A stretch of DNA of 64,000 bases, from positions 10,899-74,898 of the forward strand of contig JAJECT010000009.1 in assembly GCA_022821845.1 (NCBI GenBank). The letters are read 5' to 3'. Made by a program: the position numbers and the translations under genes. A model generated the notes under the pieces. That model did not search any database, was not told the DNA's origin, and worked only from the letters and a program-made list of their open reading frames with translations. Positions 32,663 through 42,267 of the stretch are shown here, piece by piece (the stretch's first letter is position 1; each line of letters opens with the position of its first letter). This DNA comes from Rhodothermales bacterium (GTDB taxonomy: Bacteria > Bacteroidota > Rhodothermia > Rhodothermales > VXPQ01).

Positions 32663-33358
32663 GTGATTATCGCCATAGATGGGCCGGCCGGATCGGGAAA
32701 ATCGACCACGGCCCGCGCAGTGGCCGAACGGCTCGGCTACGTATATGTGGATACCGGGGCCATGTACCGTACGGTCGCGCTTGCGTTTATCCGGTCCGGC
32801 TTGCCGGCGGAGGCGCCGTCCGGGGAGGCGCTTCGCGGATTGCTTGCGGGCATTCGTCTGGATATGCGTTTCGATCCGGACGGCATGCGCGTTTTGCTGA
32901 ACGGACAAAACGTAACCGGGGACATCCGAACCCGCGAGGTTACCGAAGCCGCCAGTCGCGTGGCCGCGATTCCGGCGGTGCGCGAGCGGATGGTCCGGGA
33001 GCAACGGCGCGTTGCCCGAGCGGAGGAAACAAGGCGTGGCGGCGTGGTGCTCGAGGGGCGCGACATCGGGACGATCGTGTTCCCGGACGCCGAGGTAAAA
33101 GTGTTTATGGACGCCAGCGTAACCATGCGCGCGCGGCGGCGGTACGATGAATTGCGGGAGAAAAATTCCGACGTATCGTTCGAGGAGGTGCTGGACGACA
33201 TTCGCGCACGGGACGCGCGGGACATTTATCGGCGGGTTTCTCCCCTGCGCAAGGCAGAGGGAACCGTTGAAATAGACACATCGCACATCGCGATCCGCGA
33301 GCAGGTGGAAATGGTTGTTCGGGCCGCGCGGGAACGAGCGAAGTCCCCGGATGTATAA
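32663..33358 (+). CDS. cmk: Cytidylate kinase
   Basis: IAIDGPAGSGKST, DTGAMYR, EGRDIGT.VFPDA; lies upstream of rpsA. Confidence 0.96.
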   Translation: MIIAIDGPAGSGKSTTARAVAERLGYVYVDTGAMYRTVALAFIRSGLPAEAPSGEALRGLLAGIRLDMRFDPDGMRVLLNGQNVTGDIRTREVTEAASRVAAIPAVRERMVREQRRVARAEETRRGGVVLEGRDIGTIVFPDAEVKVFMDASVTMRARRRYDELREKNSDVSFEEVLDDIRARDARDIYRRVSPLRKAEGTVEIDTSHIAIREQVEMVVRAARERAKSPDV

Positions 33359-33601
33359 ATAGTTTGTGCGAAAAAAGATCGCCATGGCCCCGGCGGCGCA
33401 GTGTTTCTCCGGCAGGCCTCCCTTTCTGGCGATCATATCCACGTTCACGTAAACGCCACAAGAGGGCTGCGCGGCACAGAAAGGGTTGCCCGGCGGCGCC
33501 TTGTAATGCAGGGAAATAACGAACGGCGCTGCATGCGCCGATGGGCAAGGACTTTCGTCTCGCGCCTGGATTTGCGAAAATTTCTCTGAAAAACCAGCCT
33601 T

Positions 33602-35923
33602 ATGACCGAAAACCCGCAAGAAACTTTACAAAACCAGGAAATTCTTACCAACGATACCGCGCCGTTGTCTCCGGGCGACGACGAATCCCCTGCGGAACAA
33701 GCCTCGGCCCCTGTGGAAGAAAACGCGCAGTCGGCGGCGAATGGCGCGCAGGCGACAGATTCGGAAACGGCGACCGCCGTCCCGGAACCAAAGGAGGATG
33801 CCGCGCCTGAAGAGGCCGTTGCCGAAACGCCTGTGGACGCGGATTCGTCGGAACCCTCCGAGCCTTCCGCCGAACAGCAAGAATCGGGCGACGATCCCCT
33901 GTCCGGGGCGCCGGTTGCCGAGCGGGAAAAAGACGATGCAACGGGTACGATAGGATATACGGGCGAGATTATTGGCCCGGTCGTAACCCTTGAAGAAATT
34001 GCGCAAGGAGACCAGGAAGAACAGGAAGTAGCGCAATCCTGGAAAGAACTCGAAGAAATGGTCGCCGCCTCGTTTACGGCGGTCCGCGAACAGGAAATCG
34101 TTGCGGGGCGCGTAATAAGCGTCGGAGAAAAGGACGTAGTCATAGATATAGGGTTCAAGAGCGATGGCATTGTATCCCTGAACGAATTCGACGATGCGCT
34201 TGCGGCGGGCGACGAAGTAGAAGTGCTCGTCGAGCGCCTGGAGGATTATCATGGGCAGCTTGTGTTGTCGAAGACCAAGGCGGATCAGTTGCGCCGCTGG
34301 CAGCGGATAGAGGAAGCCCATGAAAAGGGCGATATCATAGAAGGCACGATCACGCGCCGCATCAAGGGCGGCATGATCGTCAATCTCGACATTGGCGGCA
34401 TGGAAGCCTTCCTCCCCGGCTCGCAGATCGATGTTCGCCCGGTGCGCGATTTCGATACGTACCTCGAAAAGCGCATGGAGTTCAAGATCGTCAAGCTGAA
34501 TCCGGCCAACGACAACATCGTTATTTCGCACAAGGCCCTTATCGAAAAGGAACTTGGGGCGCAGCGCGAAAAAATCCTTGCGACGATGGAGCCCGGCCAG
34601 ATTCTGGAAGGCATGGCCAAAAACATTACCGATTTCGGCATTTTCGTCGATCTGGGCGGCGTGGACGGCTTGCTGCACATCACCGACCTTTCCTGGGGCC
34701 GCGTTTCCCATCCTTCCGAATTGGTGGAACTCGACCAGAAACTTACGGTCGTGGTGCTGGATTACGACAAGGATCGGCAGCGCATCTCGCTGGGCCTGAA
34801 GCAACTCCAGCCGCACCCGTGGGAAACCATCGACGACAAATACCTGGCAGGCGGCGCCGTGGAAGGCAAGGTGGTTTCCATTACGGACTACGGCGCCTTC
34901 GTGGAACTGGAGAAAGGCATTGAGGGCCTTGTCCATATCTCTGAAATGAGCTGGACGGAGCACATTCGCCATCCGAGTCAGATGGTTTCGCTGGGGCAAC
35001 TGGTGAACGTCAAAATTCTCAAGATCGACAAGCAAGGGAAGAAGATTTCTCTTGGCATGAAGCAGCTCGAGCCCGATCCGTGGGATGGCATTTCGGACCG
35101 CTATCCTCCGGGCACGGTCATGGCGGGCAAGGTGCGCAACATCACCAATTTCGGCGTGTTCGTGGGCATCGAGCCGGGCATCGACGGGCTGGTTCATATT
35201 TCCGATCTGTCCTGGACCAAGAAAGTGCGTCATCCGAACGAAATGGTGCGCAAGGGGCAAAGCCTCGACGTCGTGATCCTGAATATCGACGAGGGGTCGC
35301 GGCGCATCTCGCTGGGCCACAAGCAAGTGGAGACGAATCCGTGGAATCAGTTCGCCAAGGCGTACGCCGAGGGAACCGATACCCAGGCGACCGTGGTGCG
35401 CACCAACGAGGGCGGGCTTGTGATCGAACTGCCGCTTGGCGTCGAGGCGTTTGCGCCCGCCAGCGAGTTGCGAAACGGGCCGCATAATTTCCAGGATTTT
35501 TATCCGTCGGGACAGGAACTGGAGTTGCGCGTGATCAAGTTCGATCCGCAGCAGAAGGAAATTGTCCTGAGCGAGGTGGCGAAGGAGCGGGCTGCCGTAC
35601 GCGCCGAAAAAGCCGGACAAGATCGCGTACGCCGCGAATCGAAGAAGCGGGAAGCGCGGGAGGTGAGCAAGTATCAGAAGGCGGCGACTTCGGCGGGCCG
35701 GACCACGTTTGGAGATATTTCGGGCCTGGCGGACCTGAAGGCGCAGTTCGAAAAGGCGGAGAAAGGAACCCGCAAGAAGGCGGCGCCCAGGAAGGCCGCC
35801 CCAAAAACCGCATCGGCGCAAAAGGGCAAGGCGTCCGCCGCGAAAAAGGCGGCTCCCGCCGAGGACAAACAGGATAAAACGCCCGCCAAAAAGGAGGCCA
35901 AGGCCGAAAGCGAGGCGAAATAA
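33602..35923 (+). CDS. rpsA: 30S ribosomal protein S1 with acidic N-terminal and Lys/Ala-rich C-terminal extensions
   Basis: Six S1 repeats (DIGFKSDG, AFLPGSQID, DGLLHITDLSW, EGLVHISEMSW, DGLVHISDLSW). Confidence 0.96.
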   Translation: MTENPQETLQNQEILTNDTAPLSPGDDESPAEQASAPVEENAQSAANGAQATDSETATAVPEPKEDAAPEEAVAETPVDADSSEPSEPSAEQQESGDDPLSGAPVAEREKDDATGTIGYTGEIIGPVVTLEEIAQGDQEEQEVAQSWKELEEMVAASFTAVREQEIVAGRVISVGEKDVVIDIGFKSDGIVSLNEFDDALAAGDEVEVLVERLEDYHGQLVLSKTKADQLRRWQRIEEAHEKGDIIEGTITRRIKGGMIVNLDIGGMEAFLPGSQIDVRPVRDFDTYLEKRMEFKIVKLNPANDNIVISHKALIEKELGAQREKILATMEPGQILEGMAKNITDFGIFVDLGGVDGLLHITDLSWGRVSHPSELVELDQKLTVVVLDYDKDRQRISLGLKQLQPHPWETIDDKYLAGGAVEGKVVSITDYGAFVELEKGIEGLVHISEMSWTEHIRHPSQMVSLGQLVNVKILKIDKQGKKISLGMKQLEPDPWDGISDRYPPGTVMAGKVRNITNFGVFVGIEPGIDGLVHISDLSWTKKVRHPNEMVRKGQSLDVVILNIDEGSRRISLGHKQVETNPWNQFAKAYAEGTDTQATVVRTNEGGLVIELPLGVEAFAPASELRNGPHNFQDFYPSGQELELRVIKFDPQQKEIVLSEVAKERAAVRAEKAGQDRVRRESKKREAREVSKYQKAATSAGRTTFGDISGLADLKAQFEKAEKGTRKKAAPRKAAPKTASAQKGKASAAKKAAPAEDKQDKTPAKKEAKAESEAK

Positions 35924-35940
35924 ACCTTTTACCCGTCCGC

Positions 35941-36933
35941 ATGGGGTCAGCAAGCACGTTGCGTCCGTCGATCAGGAACGCGATTCGGCGGCAACTTGAC
36001 CGGACGATCTGCGAAACGCACTTTACGGAAGCGGGCCAGCGCTATCAGGGCAAGGTGCGCGACGTCTACCGGACTCCGGACGCGCTTTTCCTGGTTACGA
36101 CCGACCGTATTTCGGCTTTCGACTGCGTGCTGCGCCAGCAGATTCCGTTCAAGGGGCAGGCGTTGAATCGGCTGGCCGCTTTTTTCTTCGAACAAACGCG
36201 GGACGTCGCCCCCAATCACCTGGTGGCGATTCCGGACCCGAACGTGACGGTGGCGACGCCGTGCGACCCCCTGCCCGTCGAGTTCGTGGTTCGGGGCTAC
36301 CTCGCAGGCCATGCCTGGCGGGAATACCGCGCCGGGCGGCGCAGCGTTTCCGGGGTATCGTTGCCGGACGGCCTGCGGGAAAGCAGTCGCCTGCCGCGGC
36401 CCGTGCTTACGCCCTCCACCAAGGCGGCAACGGGACACGACGAGGACATTTCCCGAGAAGAAATCATAGCGCGCGGCCTGCTGACAGCGGATGCCTTCGA
36501 CGAATTGGAAGCCGTTGCGCTGGCCCTGTTTGCGCGGGGCGCGGAGATGGCGTCGGCGCGGGGGCTGTTGCTGGTGGACACCAAATACGAATTCGGTCGC
36601 GCCCCGGACGGCGGATTTCTGCTTATAGACGAGGTGCATACGCCGGATTCGTCCCGATACTACTATGCGGACGGATACGAAGCGCGGCTGCGCGGCGGGC
36701 GCCCCCAAAAGCAGCTTTCCAAGGAATTTGTTCGGGAATGGCTGATGGCGCAGGGCTTTCAGGGGCGGCCCGGAGAGCGCCTTCCCGACTTGCCGGAAGA
36801 TTTTCGCATTCGGGTGGCCGCCCGCTACATCGAGTTGTACGAAGCCGTAACGGGACATCCATTCGAACCGGATACCGACCCGGACCCGGTCGAACGCATA
36901 CGGCGCAGCATTATTGCGTATCGCTCGCGCTGA
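35941..36933 (+). CDS. purC: SAICAR synthase
   Basis: YQGKVRDVY, TDRISAFD, EFVVRGYL, TPSTKA, LVDTKYEFG, DEVHTPDSSRY. Confidence 0.95.
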   Translation: MGSASTLRPSIRNAIRRQLDRTICETHFTEAGQRYQGKVRDVYRTPDALFLVTTDRISAFDCVLRQQIPFKGQALNRLAAFFFEQTRDVAPNHLVAIPDPNVTVATPCDPLPVEFVVRGYLAGHAWREYRAGRRSVSGVSLPDGLRESSRLPRPVLTPSTKAATGHDEDISREEIIARGLLTADAFDELEAVALALFARGAEMASARGLLLVDTKYEFGRAPDGGFLLIDEVHTPDSSRYYYADGYEARLRGGRPQKQLSKEFVREWLMAQGFQGRPGERLPDLPEDFRIRVAARYIELYEAVTGHPFEPDTDPDPVERIRRSIIAYRSR

Positions 36934-37393
36934 AATCCCCAGCGGCGAAACGTCCTTCCACCCACTCGGCGCTTCCGTCGGCGAAGCGCTCCTTCTTCCA
37001 GATGGGCGCCCGGCTTTTCAGCGCGTCGATCAGGTAGCGACAGGCGGCAAAGGCTTCTGCGCGGTGCGGCGAGGCCGCGCCGACGATTACGCTTGCTTCT
37101 CTGAGGGGCACCGCGCCCGTCCGGTGCAGCAGACAGGCGCGACACAGGGGCCAGCGGCGAAACGCTTCTTCCGCAATCCGCCGCATCTCCTTGAGCGCCA
37201 TAGGTTTATAGCACTCGTATTCAAGTCGTATCGTTTCCCGTCGCGGCGCGTTGGAGTCGGCCTCGGTCCAGCGGCGCGTTGTTCCGAGGAAAATATCGAT
37301 CCCGCCCGCCTCCTCCACCCGAAGAAATGCTGCGACCGCTTCAAGGCGGAGCGGCGTTTCCTGAATATCTACCCACACGGCGTCGCTGGTCAT
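36911..37393 (-). CDS. moaE: Molybdopterin synthase catalytic subunit
   Basis: F.GTTR, LEYECY..MA, HRTG, SPHRAEAF..C...ID.LK...PIWKKE. Confidence 0.94.
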   Translation of the reverse strand: MTSDAVWVDIQETPLRLEAVAAFLRVEEAGGIDIFLGTTRRWTEADSNAPRRETIRLEYECYKPMALKEMRRIAEEAFRRWPLCRACLLHRTGAVPLREASVIVGAASPHRAEAFAACRYLIDALKSRAPIWKKERFADGSAEWVEGRFAAGDFSASDTQ

Positions 37394-37394
37394 T

Positions 37395-37664
37395 TCATCC
37401 TCCGCTGACGGGCGTAATGAGGGCTACCTCGTCTCCTGCCCGCACGGTATGCGCGCCGGATACGTATTCCTGGTTGACCGCGACGCGGACGGCGGGAAGC
37501 AGGGGGCGCAGGGCGGGATACGCCTCCGCGAGGCGTTCGAGCAATCGGGCGGCGGACAGGGTTTCCCCCGGATCAAGCGGCAAGGCAGCCGAATCGACCC
37601 CGGCGCGCTCCCGAAGCACGCTGAAAAACAGTACGTTCACATGGCGCGATTCCTGAGGATGCAT
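37395..37664 (-). CDS. moaD: Molybdopterin synthase sulfur carrier
   Basis: VLFFSVLRE, VAVNQEY, GDEVALITPVSGG (C-terminal GG); adjacent to moaE. Confidence 0.93.
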   Translation of the reverse strand: MHPQESRHVNVLFFSVLRERAGVDSAALPLDPGETLSAARLLERLAEAYPALRPLLPAVRVAVNQEYVSGAHTVRAGDEVALITPVSGG

Positions 37665-37691
37665 GCGCTTTGCGGACCTTATGAAGGTATT

Positions 37692-38948
37692 TTAACGAAA
37701 TCGGATGGCGCGAATGGCTTCGATGCGGGACGCCGCGCGCGCCGGCGCGTACGCCGCCCCTGCGCACAGCGCGATGGCGAGCGCGCCGGCGATCAGAAAG
37801 TCGAAAACATGCAGCGCCACGGGAGCCGTCGTCAGGTAGTACGCCTCTTCCGGCAACGAAACGAGGCCGTATTTGTCCTGCAGCAGCACCAGAATCAGGG
37901 CAAGGCCCTCCCCTGCGGCGACGCCCGCCGCGCCAATCAGCAGGCCGGACCATACGAATTGTTTTCGGATGGACCGCATCGACGCGCCCATGCTTTTGAG
38001 TACGCCAATTTCCCGCGTTTTTTCAAGCACGGTCATCAGCAGCGTCCCGACGATGTTGAACGCCGCCACAATCACGATAATGCTGATTACGACGGGGATA
38101 ATGCTTCGTTGCAAGTTAATCCAGGCGAAAAGGCCGCCGTATACGTCATAGATGCTGCGCGCCATGAGGGGAAATTCCAGGCGGTTTTCTATCCTTGCGG
38201 CGGCTTCGCGCGCCTGGTCCGGCTCGGCAAGCGTGACGTCGAAGCGGGTGGCCTGGTCCGGCCCGTAGGCAAGCAGTGCCCGCGCGGCGGCGAGGGACGT
38301 AAAGACGTACAGCGCATCGAAATGGGCCAGGGACGTTTCGTAGACGCCTGCGACACGGAAGGTTTTTGCCCGAGGCATGGGCAGGCCCGCAATGGAAGGC
38401 GTGGTTTCCGCGGGCGCGTCGCGCATGGAAAACGACGTAACCGTATCCCCCGTCCGCACCTGAAGCAAATCGGCCAGCTCCTTGCCGACGACAAGGCCTG
38501 CGCGCCCGGCGCTGTCCGGCGTCGTATCGAAAGCGCCTTCCGTCATTTGCCCCAGAAACCAGGCAGGCGGCGCGGCCGTCCCCCGGATTGCTACGCCCTC
38601 GATATGTTCGCGGGATTTGCGAAGCAGCGCAAATTCCTGCACAACCACGGCGGCGTCCGCGACGCCGTCCATGGAGGCCAGCGTATCCCGGATCGTCGAC
38701 GACCGGTCGATGGGCGCGTCCCGGAAGGTTTCCACTTGCACATGCGCGCCGAATCCGGTGATCTTGGCTTCGATTTCCTGGCCGAATCCGCGCACGACCG
38801 AAAGCGCCAGCAGCAACGCCGCCGTGCCGAGGGCCACCCCCGCTACGGCGATCCAGGCGATAAACCGGACAAAACGGCTCCCCTCCTCTTGTCCGCGGAC
38901 GGACCGGAGATAGCGCATCGCCATGAAACGTTCGAAACGGGAAGGCAT
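37692..38948 (-). CDS. Lipoprotein-releasing ABC transporter permease (LolC/E family)
   Basis: F.AMRYL, IAVAGVALG.AAL....SV..GF, VAAFNIV.TL.M.V.EK.REIGVLKSMGA, PA.AASRI....AIR. Confidence 0.9.
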   Translation of the reverse strand: MPSRFERFMAMRYLRSVRGQEEGSRFVRFIAWIAVAGVALGTAALLLALSVVRGFGQEIEAKITGFGAHVQVETFRDAPIDRSSTIRDTLASMDGVADAAVVVQEFALLRKSREHIEGVAIRGTAAPPAWFLGQMTEGAFDTTPDSAGRAGLVVGKELADLLQVRTGDTVTSFSMRDAPAETTPSIAGLPMPRAKTFRVAGVYETSLAHFDALYVFTSLAAARALLAYGPDQATRFDVTLAEPDQAREAAARIENRLEFPLMARSIYDVYGGLFAWINLQRSIIPVVISIIVIVAAFNIVGTLLMTVLEKTREIGVLKSMGASMRSIRKQFVWSGLLIGAAGVAAGEGLALILVLLQDKYGLVSLPEEAYYLTTAPVALHVFDFLIAGALAIALCAGAAYAPARAASRIEAIRAIRFR

Positions 38949-38990
38949 AGCGCGGGCGGCGGACTACGATGGCAAAGGATCGGGAGCGTT

Positions 38991-39248
38991 AAGGATACTC
39001 TGATTAAATCCGCGAAGCTCAGAGGCTGCGAGGGGTGCGCTGGCAAGGAATGACGAAGCGATGTGGCAGGCCCCACATAATGAGGAATGACACAGCCAGC
39101 GTGCTCCTCGCAGCCTCCCGAAGGGCGCGTCACGGACGCAACGTGCCGAATCTACTGTATTTTCTGCTGATTTCAATGGTCCGGGCATGACGGTCTTTGC
39201 GGGCAATAGTGACGCGCTGAGCGAAGCGGCTTTGATCAGAGTATCCTT
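38991..39248 (+). mobile_element. Complete 258-bp MITE-like non-autonomous element (family B)
   Basis: Terminal inverted repeats AAGGATACTCTGATTAAA and TTTGATCAGAGTATCCTT (17/18; 27/32 when extended). Internal stems GAGGCTGCGAGG/CCTCGCAGCCTC and GCGCGTCAC/GTGACGCGC. No credible ORF; three other partial copies in the window. Confidence 0.85.
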
Positions 39249-39420
39249 TGATACCCGTCGGGGCGCCTGCCGGTTCTCAAGATGTTTCGGCTTGCTTTTT
39301 CGCAGAAAATCGAAAATCGGACCCGCCGCGCGCAAAACCTGCGGGCCGCCTGCGGGTATGCTATCCGCGAGACAAATCGCTGCGCCCCCTTTTGCATCCT
39401 GTATATGGAGGCTCTCTGTC

Positions 39421-41046
39421 ATGCATACGAATCTGCCGGAAATTCCATTACCCCAAAACGAGCCTGTGCTCGAGTACGCGCCCGGCTCCGCGGAGCGTCG
39501 GCGCCTTGGGGAGAAACTGGCCGCGCTCCGGGGCGAAACGATAGAAATTCCCGCGATGATTGGCGGACGCGCCGTGCGCACGGGCAAAACCGTAGAAATC
39601 CGGGCGCCCCACGACCATCGGGCGCTGCTTGCCGTTGCGCATTGTTGCGGCCCGGACGAGGTGGAGGAAGCCATACGTTGCGCGCTCGTGGCGCGGCGGG
39701 AATGGATGCGGACGCCCTGGGCGGAGCGTCTCGGCGTCTTCCGAAAAGCCGCCGACCTGCTTTCCGGCCCCTGGCGGGATACGCTGAACGCCGCCACCAT
39801 GCTGGGGCAGAGCAAAAACGCGTTTCAGGCGGAAATCGACGCGGCCTGCGAAACGATCGACTTCTGGCGATTCAATGCGGCGTACGCGGAGCGCATCGTA
39901 GCCGATCAGCCGCTTTCTTCGGAAGGCGTCCGAAACCGTATGGAATACCGGGCGCTCGAGGGATTCGTGGCGGCGATCACCCCGTTCAATTTTACGGCGA
40001 TTCAGGCGAACCTGGCGACGGCCCCCGTCCTGATGGGCAATGTGGTCCTGTGGAAGCCGGCCACGACCGCCCTCCTGTCGGCCTGGCATACGTATCGCCT
40101 GCTGGAGGAAGCGGGGTTGCCGCCGGGCGTCGTGAACTTGCTCCCCGGCGATGGTCCGGAGGCGGGCGCGCCCATGCTGGCCTCCGAGCATCTGGCCGGA
40201 CTGCATTTTACCGGCTCCACGAAGACGTTTCAGCATATGTGGCGCGCGATCGGCGAGCGCATCCACCGATACCGCGCCTACCCGCGCATCGTGGGGGAAA
40301 CCGGAGGCAAGGATTTCATTATTGCACATCCTTCCGCCTCTCCCCTTGCCGTGGCCACGGCCATCGTGCGCGGCGGGTTCGAATACCAGGGGCAGAAATG
40401 TTCTGCGGCGTCGCGCGTCTACCTGCCCGCCTCGCGCTGGCCCGCCATCAGGCAGGCCTTGACGGAGCAACTGGGCGAAGTCAAGACGGGGCCGGTCGAG
40501 GACTTCGGAAATTTCGTGAATGCGGTAATTGACCGGGCGGCGTTTCGGCGCATTGCGGGCTATATCGACCGGGCGCTCGCCCACCCGGATGCAGACCTGG
40601 TGCATGGCGGGACGTACGCCGACGAAGAGGGGTATTTTATTGCTCCGTCCGTCTTTCAGGTCCGCGATCCCTTGCACGAAACCATGCGGGAAGAGATATT
40701 CGGGCCACTCGTTTCGGTATTCGCGTACGAGGACGCCCGGTACGACGAGATGCTGGACCTCGTAGACAAGACCTCCCCCTACGCCTTGACCGGAGCGGTG
40801 TTCGCGACGGACAGGGACGTTATTCGGAAGACCTCGGATCGGCTTCTCGACAACGCCGGAAATTTCTATATCAACGACAAGCCGACCGGGGCCGTGGTTG
40901 GCCAGCAGCCTTTTGGCGGCGCGCGCAAGTCGGGCACCAACGACAAGGCGGGTTCGCCACTGAATCTGACGCGCTGGACGTCTTCCCGGACCATCAAGGA
41001 GAATCTGTCGCCGCCGACCCACTTTGCCTATCCCTTTATGAAGTAG
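39421..41046 (+). CDS. pruA: L-glutamate gamma-semialdehyde (P5C) dehydrogenase
   Basis: NEPVLEYAPGS, NAATMLGQSKN, EIDAACE, PFNFTAI, GETGGKDF, EYQGQKCSA, NFYINDKPTGAVVGQQPFGG.R.SGTNDKAG. Start set at MHTNLP. Confidence 0.95.
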   Translation: MHTNLPEIPLPQNEPVLEYAPGSAERRRLGEKLAALRGETIEIPAMIGGRAVRTGKTVEIRAPHDHRALLAVAHCCGPDEVEEAIRCALVARREWMRTPWAERLGVFRKAADLLSGPWRDTLNAATMLGQSKNAFQAEIDAACETIDFWRFNAAYAERIVADQPLSSEGVRNRMEYRALEGFVAAITPFNFTAIQANLATAPVLMGNVVLWKPATTALLSAWHTYRLLEEAGLPPGVVNLLPGDGPEAGAPMLASEHLAGLHFTGSTKTFQHMWRAIGERIHRYRAYPRIVGETGGKDFIIAHPSASPLAVATAIVRGGFEYQGQKCSAASRVYLPASRWPAIRQALTEQLGEVKTGPVEDFGNFVNAVIDRAAFRRIAGYIDRALAHPDADLVHGGTYADEEGYFIAPSVFQVRDPLHETMREEIFGPLVSVFAYEDARYDEMLDLVDKTSPYALTGAVFATDRDVIRKTSDRLLDNAGNFYINDKPTGAVVGQQPFGGARKSGTNDKAGSPLNLTRWTSSRTIKENLSPPTHFAYPFMK

Positions 41047-41196
41047 CTTGTACAGGCAGCCGAAACGCGCCGATACGCATGCTGAAAAATGCGACCGGGC
41101 ACGTTTGCAATGAACCGTTGCTGCGTCGCATTGCGCCTGCGTCTGGCGGGCAAACCCGTAACCGGAAACGATACCTCAACCCATTCGAATTGCCCA

Positions 41197-42228
41197 ATGT
41201 CTTCCCCCATACGCGTTCTTCAATACGGCGTCGGCCCGATCGGGCTGGCGTGCATTCGAACGATTCTGACCAAACAGGCTACGGGCCAGCTGGCGCTGGC
41301 GGGCGCCGTGGACGTAGATCCGGATAAGGCGGGCCGCGACGTGGCGGCGTTGCTGGGCGGCGATGCGCCCGCGACCGGCGTTACGGTGCGGGACGATGCG
41401 GAAGCGGCGCTGGCCGAGATCGCGCCCGACGTCGTGCTGCATACCACGTCGTCTTTTCTGGACCGGATGCATGGACAGCTCGAAGAGTGCATTCGGGCCG
41501 GCGCGCCGGTGGTTTCCTCTACGGAAGAACTGGCTTTTCCGTACGACCGGCATCCCGAAATCACCCGCCGCCTGCACGAGGAAGCCGTGGCGCAGGGCGT
41601 GGCGGTCGTGGGCACGGGCGTAAACCCCGGCTACGCCATGGATACGCTGGCGCTGATGGCGACCGGCGTGTGCTGCGACGTTTCGGAGGTGCGCGTCGCG
41701 CGCGTGGTGGATGCAGGAAAGCGTCGCCGACCGCTTCAGGTCAAGGTGGGCGCCGGGCTTTCGGCGGCGGCGTTCGAGGAGAAAAAGGCGACGGGGATGT
41801 TCGGGCATATCGGGCTGCGCGAATCGCTGCTTTTCGTGGCGAAGGGACTGGGCTGGTCCCTGGACCGCGTGGACGAGCGGCTGGACCCGGTCCTGGCGGA
41901 TCGGGAAATAACCACGCCCTTCGTGACTGTCGAGGCGGGACGCGTGGCGGGGATCCATCACGCCATCGCGGGCTACGCGAAGGAGCGTCCTGTGCTTTCC
42001 CTGGACTTGAAAATGTTCGTCGGGGCCGAAAATCCGCGCGACGTCGTACGGGTAACGGGCGATCCGCCGGTCGATCTGGAGATTCGCGGGGGCATATTCG
42101 GGGATACGGCTACGGTGGCTGCGCTGGTGAACGCGATCCCGCTGGTCCTGCATGCCTCGCCGGGCCTTAAAACCATGATGGACCTCCCCGTCCCGCGCGC
42201 GTTTGCTTGTCTTCCTGGCGCAGGTTGA
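41197..42228 (+). CDS. NAD(P)-dependent amine dehydrogenase family protein (2,4-diaminopentanoate dehydrogenase/DapB-like)
   Basis: QYGVGPIG Rossmann motif, AVDVDPDKAGRD, VVSSTEEL, GTGVNPG, GGIFGD.AT....VNAIP, PGLKTM.DLP. Confidence 0.8.
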   Translation: MSSPIRVLQYGVGPIGLACIRTILTKQATGQLALAGAVDVDPDKAGRDVAALLGGDAPATGVTVRDDAEAALAEIAPDVVLHTTSSFLDRMHGQLEECIRAGAPVVSSTEELAFPYDRHPEITRRLHEEAVAQGVAVVGTGVNPGYAMDTLALMATGVCCDVSEVRVARVVDAGKRRRPLQVKVGAGLSAAAFEEKKATGMFGHIGLRESLLFVAKGLGWSLDRVDERLDPVLADREITTPFVTVEAGRVAGIHHAIAGYAKERPVLSLDLKMFVGAENPRDVVRVTGDPPVDLEIRGGIFGDTATVAALVNAIPLVLHASPGLKTMMDLPVPRAFACLPGAG

Positions 42229-42267
42229 TGGTTTGGGAAAAATGCTTGCCGGGAGGCCCGCTCGCCT

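Noticed and set aside
33359-33601. Structured rpsA leader (and pnp leader 13954-14138) as novel ncRNAs
   Set aside because: Only short GC-rich hairpins are visible, with no second copy or recognisable motif to support a call.
38964-39420. ORFs crossing the MITE and the long N-terminal extension of PruA in the ORF track
   Set aside because: They are read-through of non-coding repeat sequence with no transposase motifs; PruA homology begins near 39421.
42229-42267. TPP riboswitch before thiE; also cobalamin riboswitch before the TonB receptor or mutase, and Moco riboswitch before moaD
   Set aside because: The intergenic spaces are too short or lack the hallmark motifs on inspection. An Infernal scan would be needed to exclude them fully.
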